Source: Eledone cirrhosa (lineage: Eukaryota). From it: a stretch of DNA of 64,000 nucleotides. The notes beneath the pieces were generated by a model, which ran no database searches, was not told where the DNA came from, and saw nothing but the letters and a program-made list of their open reading frames with translations. Shown one piece after another: positions 55,057 to 64,000 of this stretch (position 1 is the stretch's first letter; each line of letters starts with the position of its first letter). A program made the translations under genes and the position numbers. The stretch is from positions 39,494,001 through 39,558,000 of the forward strand of contig OZ024746.1 in NCBI GenBank assembly GCA_964016885.1, read 5' to 3'.

Positions 55057-55595
55057 AAATAGTGTATATGTCTGTGAAGTATATTGTTAGTGTTAATTCT
55101 TTTTTTATTATTTAAGTATAATCTGATTATGTTAAATTGTTTTCGAAAATATATGTAAGCCTTAGTGTATGAATGTGTGGGTGGGTGTTGCTATCCTCGT
55201 GTGTTTTCTGTGTGATAATGTATACACTGTATGTATAAATGTTATCTGGTGCTGAATTTGTGATTTTCCCGTGAACTAATGTATATGTGTACGTGTGTAA
55301 GCTGTTGCTATTAAAATAAGTAAATTCCTATTTTCCACCCCTTATCTAAACCATTGATGTTGACTGATGCAAAACGTTCTCATAAAAACTTGAAATAGCC
55401 AAGTCAGCTCCGAAAATTTCTAACATATTCATAGCGTCAAAAACGTACAAACCCTCACAGAAAAACGAGATAAATTTCATTCATTGAGATGAATAGGCTG
55501 CACTCCCCTCCGTTGCTTAAAGGGGCATCCTTTAATAGAAAGTAGTGTTACAATAATAATAACTGCAGTAAGGGAGATATAATAATTGAAGCTTT

Positions 55596-55790
55596 TAGAC
55601 CTGCCAACCTCTAAAAACTCTAAAGAGGAATACTATGAAAAAAAGTGCCCCAAACTGGAGAGAAATGAGGCAAAATGGGGAAATTTTACATAATGAAAGC
55701 TATACCATTTTTCACAAGAGAAGACATCTCTCACCCAACCCAAAGTGTGTAGGAGATCTCCCCGTCGGACGGGGCGAGTTGATAGGTCTG
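55596..55790. mobile_element. MITE, inverted copy of 39129-39322
   Basis: AGACCTGCCAAC ... GTTGATAGGTCTG termini. Confidence 0.7.
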
Positions 55791-56556
55791 ATACATGTCA
55801 GTAATTAACCTCATTCTAAGTTAAGTTCGATCCGCTTTGTCTATATGTAACTCTGTATATATATTTATTCAATATTCACAATTGTAACTAATTAGAGGAA
55901 TCTATTTGTATGATGCTCGTGTGTAGGGCGAGTGCGATGCAATACTTTCTCTCTGTTATGTATAGTGATAGTGTTTCGGTGCTGTGAAAAGGAGCTCAGT
56001 TCTCATTTCATCTTATGCCCCCTTTGGAGGAATTTATTGTTCGTTTTTTTTTCTTAAGATTTCTATTCGTGGAGATCTTGGCTGGTATGAAAGAACAAAG
56101 ATGCGTGGGGATGATTAAAGTAAGATTGAGAGTGAGGGATATTATCTACATGGGATTGTGTGCTATTAGAAGTGACAGCCAAGCTATAGAATTATTATTT
56201 ACAGGTATATATCTCTATTACTGGTAATTACTGTAAAACATTGCCTTACTTTACTTTGTTCTCTCAAATGATGATGGATTTATTAGGGCGACCTTTTGAG
56301 TCTTTTAGACCTGACATATAAAACCTGGTGGAGTCCATTCCTCTCCGGGTTTAACCACAACCGATTTCTTCCAAAGGCAAAGAGTTATCCCACCCTTGGA
56401 TTAACCATTAAGCAAAATAAGCAGGTGCTTAGGGCTTCAGTTATAGACTTGGCTGTGAGACTTGGGTAATTTGACCATCACAGTAATTTAATAAACTCTG
56501 ACATATTGTCCAGAGATGTTTCGCTTTACTGTTGGCCAAATATGTCGGTATTTTAT

Positions 56557-56881
56557 TAGTGGGATCTCGGTTCACGTATTTAATTCATCACCTGACATAT
56601 TGGTAAACCGAAACTATTTTACCCATACGAAATGTTGAGAGAGAAATACATTGAGAGAGAGGCTGTGTGTGAAAAACAAATAGATATCACCATAGTAACT
56701 AACTACACAGCAAGTAATGCTTTCCAGTCGATACTACCAGCTTTTCGCTAACCGTTGTTGCCGGCTTGCATGTTCGTTACTCAAGATACCATTCGTCACC
56801 CGAGACGTTTTATGTTCGGAAAAATTGTTCGTGAACCGATTTATTCGTGATGAGAGGCGTTCATGAACCGGGGTTCCACTG
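56557..56881. mobile_element. Tigger/pogo-like MITE
   Basis: Imperfect TIRs AGTGGGATCTCGGTTCACG and CATGAACCGGGGTTCCACTG followed by TA. Confidence 0.55.
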
Positions 56882-57234
56882 TATTTAATTCATTAGTCCA
56901 CACAAGTAGTTATTGTCTTTTTTGTTTTCTGTTTACAATTTCCATTGGGTAACAGCACCAACCAGCCAATGAAGGTTATTACACCTACCCCTCTGTTCAC
57001 ATTCTCTGCCACTCCCACGTGTAGGATCCCAGGCGTATGTTGTCTCATGGTCCCAGCCAACAGAACCGATAAAGCGATATCCAGGAGCTTAGCACTGATA
57101 GAACTATTCCAACAAACGGTGCTCATTCATGCGGGTGGCCAACTCCGCCCCGATAGCATCGAGTAGGAAGGCGGTTTGGGGACCCAGGGTGATATAAAAC
57201 ATTGACTGAAATATCTAAATTACAACACAATGCT

Positions 57235-57450
57235 GTTCCTACTTTTGGCAAAAGGCCAACAATTTTGAAGGAGGGGAAAGTCAACTAGAAAGTTACTGGT
57301 GCATTATCGACTCCGTAAGGATGAAAGGCAAAGCTAACCTCGGCAGGATTTGAACTCAGAACGTAAAGGGATGTAACTCATGCCCGACGCTCTACCGACA
57401 CTGACAATCTACCGCCGTTTGGGTTTCTGAATTAGGCACAAGGCCAAAAT
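57235..57450 (-). mobile_element. SINE family 1 copy plus a tail fragment
   Basis: GGATTTGAACTC B box and core on the reverse strand. Confidence 0.75.
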
Positions 57451-57577
57451 TACAGTACTATGTTAAGAGTTTTACATCGTGATTACTGCAAACAAATGGA
57501 TATGAATTCTAAACTTCCTATGAAAGAAATAAACATGAGTTGTGGTATTTATTCCATTCCCCAAGCTATTGGCGATG

Positions 57578-57930
57578 TACCTTTTTGATTTCCATGTGTC
57601 TAACACACGTGGACATGCCCACAAAGTCAGAAAACAGCACAGTTTCCAAGACTTTCGGAAACATTTTTTCACGCTCAGAGTTACTGAAGCATGGAACAAA
57701 CTACCTTCATCAGTTGTTAGCTGTCGAGACACTGCATCCTTTAAGGCCTCCATGCTTCCCGAGATCCGCCAACACTACAGCTAATGTTCCCCCTCCATAC
57801 ACATACACACATGTATACCATGACACTGTTCACTTCCCTGACATTTGTGTATTATTCTATGTACTATACATACACCTTTGACGAGTTGTAGTGCACCTGA
57901 GCACTTTACACAATAATTTCATTATTATTA
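57578..57930 (+). mobile_element. CR1-clade LINE 3' end with UTR and (ATT)n tail
   Basis: NTRGHAHKVRK..RKHFFTLRVTEAWNKLPSSVV..SFK matches the CR1 ORF2 C-terminal signature. Confidence 0.85.
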
Positions 57931-58566
57931 TTTATATGAAGCAAAATAATTTTATTTGAAGTCCGAGTTAGTGATGCTAAAAAACCCCAAAATAAACGAA
58001 AGCGTAAATGCAGATTATTTACACAGTCGTCAGTCAGTACTGTATGTTAGCCTCTTATATATATATATACATACACGCCATTCCGTGCGAACACACACAT
58101 TCACACCCCCACATACATACACACATAAATGCATATACATAGATTGACACCCACACATGCATACAAACATATACGTAGATGCACACGTACTCGCATTACC
58201 ATCACCGTCACCATCAGCATTATCAACAATAACGACAAATTACCACATACAGACATACATACACAAATACATACACGCCAATACATACATGAACACACAG
58301 ACGCATGCATACACACTCACACTCTCACACACACATACCATTACCATAAACAACACCAGCCACTCACACATACACATATACATACATATATATGCATACA
58401 TAAATATATATATACATGCATATATACATATATAAACATACATATACATACAAGATACACATATACATAAATAAATATACGCAAGCATACATACATACCT
58501 ACATATATATGTACATACATAAATATATACATGCAAACAAACAGACATGCATACATACATACATAC

Positions 58567-59176
58567 ATGGTGGCTGCCAACTCGTTTTCGAGTACGGCCA
58601 CTACTTTATATCCATATAGGAGAACCCCTACCGATGCGCCGAACGGGTGTGACTTTTTAGTCCAGCCAGCGACTTGAAGACTCTGGAACAAACACTACAC
58701 TTGTGACAATTATTGACACATAGTGCTGGGCCCATGGTACCATGTGACGACAAGTGCAGAGAGATCTCCAGATATAAAGCAATGCCTGTGCCGTGAAGCT
58801 TTTATAGTGAGCAAAGGCACTGCACAAAGCCAGTCCCACTCTCTTAACCAAGATGATATTTACCAAAAAGAAGAACAAGTCAACATCATTGGATACCATC
58901 AGAGTCGCAGGTGTTATATCAGAGTTTTCCTTCTCCTAGAATTCTGCCTTGACAAAGGCTAAGGGGTCATCTCTCCCGGTGATTTTGGATGGCCATTGAC
59001 TCTTAAGAGCTCCTTTGCCCTTTGACAGGTTTTGTTTTTAGTCCTGCAGGATGTCCAAAGTCACCCTCCTCACCAAGAAACCTTGGTGGGGTTGCCAGTT
59101 TAGTCGCCAACGACCCGACCATGAGACAGGTTGTACTGGAATACATGTTACCAGTAGCACCAACTGGTGACCTGAC
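58567..59176 (-). mobile_element. Second copy of the bipartite RTE derivative, embedded in (ACAT)n
   Basis: Reverse complement of 30964-31573 with scattered substitutions. Confidence 0.8.
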
Positions 59177-59507
59177 ATACATACATACATACATACATAC
59201 ATACATACATACATACGTACATACGTACACACACACACATATATATATATATACGTACAAAAATATATTCATACATACGTAGGTACATACAACCATACAT
59301 AGATATGTACGTACATACATGCATACAAACATACATATATACATACATATATACATACATACACACATACCGACGTATACGCCCCCTCCATACTCTCAAG
59401 CGTGAACCTAATACCAACACTGTTTGTACTGCACTCTTTGTAATTGTTTTTCTTTTTTACTTATATATATATATATATATATATACATAAATATATACAT
59501 ATATATA

Positions 59508-59548
<41 letters not shown>

Positions 59549-59994
59549 ATAATAATAAATTTGAAGATTAAAATCTATATATATATATACAAACACACAT
59601 TCCTATATGCACATATGAATACAAACAGACGCTAGGTGGCCTTTAGCCAAATACGGCCAGTGTGCGTGATTCGTCTTGGAAACTCTGTTTTCTATCTGAA
59701 AGAAGCACATGTTCCTAGTTACCAATGTTTACTTTTGGTCAGACAGAACGATGAACAGATCTAACCAAGAATAGAATCTGAATCAAAATGGCACCGACAG
59801 TTAAACAAGATTCAATTCGACAGAGACTTGCTGAAAGACGTACTATCTTCATCTTTTATTCCCCCCACCCCTGCTCCTCCTCCTCTCTTCTTCCGTTCTC
59901 TCCTTCTCTCTCCATCTCTCCCTCACTACGCGTTCTCTCACCCCCTCTCTCTCTTTTCTCTCACACTCGCTCTCTGTCTCACCACCCTCTCTCT

Positions 59995-60073
<79 letters not shown>

Positions 60074-60145
60074 TAAATATACACGAGTGTATATGATTGT
60101 TCATATTGTGTGGTGACAGTCAAGTTTGCAATTTTTAACCTTTTA

Positions 60146-60185
<40 letters not shown>

Positions 60186-60226
60186 TTCAAAATATTAACA
60201 AAATAGATATTCTTGTGATCAAGTAT

Positions 60227-60291
60227 ATTTTATTATACATATTTCAGAGGTACTGAGTTAACTTCAGCAGTACGTCCTCATCAGATAAAAT
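60227..60291 (-). ncRNA. Type I hammerhead motif (11.8-kb family)
   Basis: AUUUUAU-CUGAUGA-GGAcGUACU..AGUACcUCU-GAAAUAUGUAUA-AUAAAAU. Confidence 0.7.
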
Positions 60292-61871
60292 AAGATGATG
60301 CATGACACACCCTGACATAGTAGATGGTTAAGACTCAGTCATGGGAGTGAGTAATATATGACAAAACTCAATATTTATATACCTTAATATTGAAAACATG
60401 AAAAAAACTACATATAATACATATAATAGAGAGGGTGCGTGTGAGAAAGCTTAAAAGAATACATGGCAGCAATATAACTGTTAAAGATTGAAATAATTTA
60501 AATTACTGAAGAAAGAGGAAAGAAAAGAAAGGCATAAAGGAAGAAACAGATAAGGGGATAATATAGCTAGTAGGAGCCTAGAAAACAAAAGAGAGTTGAT
60601 TACAGAGAGAGAGATAAAGAGGAATAACTTTTATAATTTAATAATATAGGGAGATATTAAATTAGAACAACATTTGGGCTTAGCTTTAGGAAAAAGAAAA
60701 AAAACAATTCATTGAATTATTGAAATATCTAAAAATATTCATCAATCGGAATTTTAAATATAATTGGATGTATTCATATGAAGGTTAATACCAAGTCTTT
60801 AGATAATTATCTATATATACAATATATATCCAAACATATCTGGTTGACCGTTAACATTCAAATCATTTAATTTAAGTTAGTTCAGAGTAATGAATAATAT
60901 TTTAGGTTATAAAAGTTAATAAATATCTGTATTAATATTAAAGTATACTATCATATTTAATTTATAAAATCAAATTTTATGAAATCAAATTTAAAGGATT
61001 TACAAACACGAGAAAGAAAACAATGTTTTTACAACCTCACGAAGGTAAACTTTACTAAATTTATTATATAATATTAAATTATTTATATTATATTGAAAAT
61101 AGTTTATATTATATAACTTAGAAAATAATTACAGTTATAATTTTTAAAGAATTTTAAGATTAACAATTTGAATGCCTAAAGGATCAACAGGCCTTATAAT
61201 TAAACTTTAAAAATCCTGATTATTAAATTATATATATGCGTTTATAAAAAAAAATACACAAAGATTATATTGTCCAAAGACTTAAGATGATACCTCTCAA
61301 TTAGACATAACCTAATACAATACAATAAATAAGTTACTGAAAATATTGTTAAAATTAATGTTTTAGATCAAATTATTGTAATAGGATCATTTAATAGATA
61401 TATATTATAAATATACAAGTCAAAACTTCATGAGTCCTAAGAATAAGGACTAGATTCAAAATAAAAAGTGAAAAAAGTAAAAATAATGAATTGTTTGCGA
61501 TCATAAAAGTGCCCAATATAAAAAAATATAGTTTAAAATGCAAGAGAGTTTTTTTTTATTTATATAGTAGACTAACAACCCTTAGATGATAGAAAGAGGA
61601 GCTAAGGATTTGAATGACCCAAAGGTAACCCGAATTTAATTAAAATAAATTAAATTAAGTAATAATCGTTATATAATTTAGAACATTAAGGAAATATCTA
61701 ACAATTATAACAACAGAGAGTCATTTGAGTATCCAAATTACTTATAAATGTAACCAGGAGCATGTTATTATACTAGATAAACAAATTTGTTCAAATATAT
61801 AGAGAGAGTATTATAAGTATTAATGAAACGATATAGATATAATGAATAAATAATTACAGTCATTATTAGAA

Positions 61872-62063
61872 GGCGGTGGATTGGCAGTATCGGTAGAGAG
61901 TCGGACGCCATGCTTTGACGCAAAGAGTTACGTCCCTTTCCATTCTGAGTTCAAATCCCGCCGAGGTTAACTTTGCCTTTCATCCTTACGGGGTCGATAA
62001 AATAAAGTACCAGTAATACACTGGGTAATTGCTGACCTTGTGCCAAAAGTAGAAACAATTATT
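61872..62063 (+). mobile_element. Most complete SINE family 1 copy (tRNA head plus Meta/MESC-like central domain)
   Basis: GGCGGTGGATTGGCAGTATCGGTAG A box, GAGTTCAAATCCC B box, GCCTTTCATCCTTACGGGGTCGATAAAATAAAGTACC; domain name is from memory, not a search. Confidence 0.85.
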
Positions 62064-62339
62064 AGTAATGTTATAATTGTAGTTTTACATCCAGTTCAGT
62101 GGAAAGAAAGACTAATATTTGTCGACTAGTATGATTTGTGACATCTATACCTAAATATATATAAATAAACATATATGTACAAATCTAACTTTCTGAATCT
62201 CAAAACATACTCAAAATGAGTAAAATATATAAATACATGAATGATTATATATTTAAAACCAAAACAAATATATAAGGATCCCAATCTAAATTATATATAT
62301 CTAAAAGGTGTGCATATTCATCAAGAGAACAAGTTAACA

Positions 62340-62660
62340 AATAATATGTTTATATACCTAAACAGGACCCTTCAGACTAACATTAATTCTATTATAAATG
62401 AATAGAAAATAACATTTTTAAAGTTTTAAAATCTGTTATAACGTTTTAGGTTGATAAGAGACGTCAAAAATTAAAACTTGTTTATTTAGTGTTTTTCCTG
62501 ACTTTTTGTGAGGCTTTGAATGTAGTTTGAGAATAATTCACTTTTTTTGTTAATTAAGTTTTCCAAATTCCTCTCAGGAAAACCAATACTGTTGAGTGCT
62601 TCCAATCTATTGTAAAACTCATTCTTTGATTTATTCATTGAACCTTGTTTAACCTTTAAA
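62340..62660 (-). mobile_element. Possible Penelope-like ORF C-terminal remnant with a decayed HHR downstream
   Basis: NRLEAL..NLINKKSELFS resembles PLE C-termini of the LLNKRSEL type; CTGAAG-GGTCCT..AGG on the - strand near 62375. Confidence 0.35.
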
Positions 62661-62665
62661 TATAT

Positions 62666-62860
62666 ATATGAAAGATTCGGCAACCCGACGGCTGAGCTCT
62701 TGTCGTTTGAACAGATAGATCCGAACAGTCTTCGTATCTAGCTGTTGAAACGACAGGAGCTCAGCCGTCGAGATGCCAAATCTTTCATATTACCCACTCT
62801 ACTACCCCAGGTATCGAGTACTCTGGTGAGTAATGGTCTAAATGGTTTTTACCGCTTCCA
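62666..62860. mobile_element. Diverged family A copy with imperfect palindrome 62666-62790
   Basis: CTAGCTGTT-GAAACGAC..GAGCTCAGCCGTC; CCCACTCTACTACCC flank. Confidence 0.7.
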
Positions 62861-63355
62861 ATCTGATATGAGAAAAACCACAAACCCTCCATCTCGATTG
62901 AAAAGGATAAGAACTGTGAAACCGGTAAAGGAAACAAATAAATATTCTTAAAAAGACTACAGTTGCATTTTCGATTTCTTTTCCTTATATATATATATAT
63001 CCTGAAGAAACCTAACTCTGGAAATTCATATTATTTGGATGTCCTAAATAAGGAAGAAACCATCGTAGAGATATAATTACGGTATGTGCGCATTTCTTCT
63101 AAGTTTAATTTTACTACTAATTGTGTGTGGTTGATGGTATATTTGGTCGGATTCTGCATGCTGCCGAAATGTTGGATAAATAATGGAACGGGGCTGCCGC
63201 GAAGTGGCTGCGATCAATTGTTTGTCGGAGATTTCCCCATAAGAAAATTTATTCTTAAAGCTTGCTAGATTTGATTTTGTATATGGTTAATTACGCTAAT
63301 TAGAAGAAGAAATAGTATATATTTTAATATCTGATGATTCTATTGACATGATTTA

Positions 63356-63857
<502 letters not shown>

Positions 63858-63859
63858 AT

Positions 63860-63926
<67 letters not shown>

Positions 63927-64000
63927 ACAGAGAACCATTTTGTTTGTTTACCCTAGCGTCCCCTTTATTTACGTGTCCCGACGACTTTTTTTTAGCCGTT

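Noticed and set aside
61872-61965. tRNA gene
   Set aside because: A and B boxes are present but continue into a multi-copy SINE body; no intact cloverleaf seen.

Overview
AT-rich, microsatellite-saturated animal DNA with no host protein-coding exon I can support. The repeat repertoire looks like octopus/cephalopod, which is an inference only. Nearly all ORFs in the track are (TA)n/(CA)n/(GA)n/(ATGT)n translation artefacts. Ordinary content: tRNA-derived SINEs (two families), LINE fragments (RTE, R4/Dong-like, CR1, L2-like, I/Nimb-like), an internally deleted mariner, several MITEs and a Helitron-like element. Main signal: a dense set of type I hammerhead-ribozyme (HHR) motifs from about eight short, non-coding, Penelope-pLTR/retrozyme-like families, nearly all inside (TA)n tracts and often arranged as inverted pairs. 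The centrepiece is a 5.26 kb array (23881-29142) of a near-identical 310-bp unit with one HHR per unit (17 in all) that flips orientation at about 27224. A diverged 318-bp sister unit at 35.8-36.4 kb keeps the same helices through compensatory changes. All structures were read by eye; ribozyme activity is untested.
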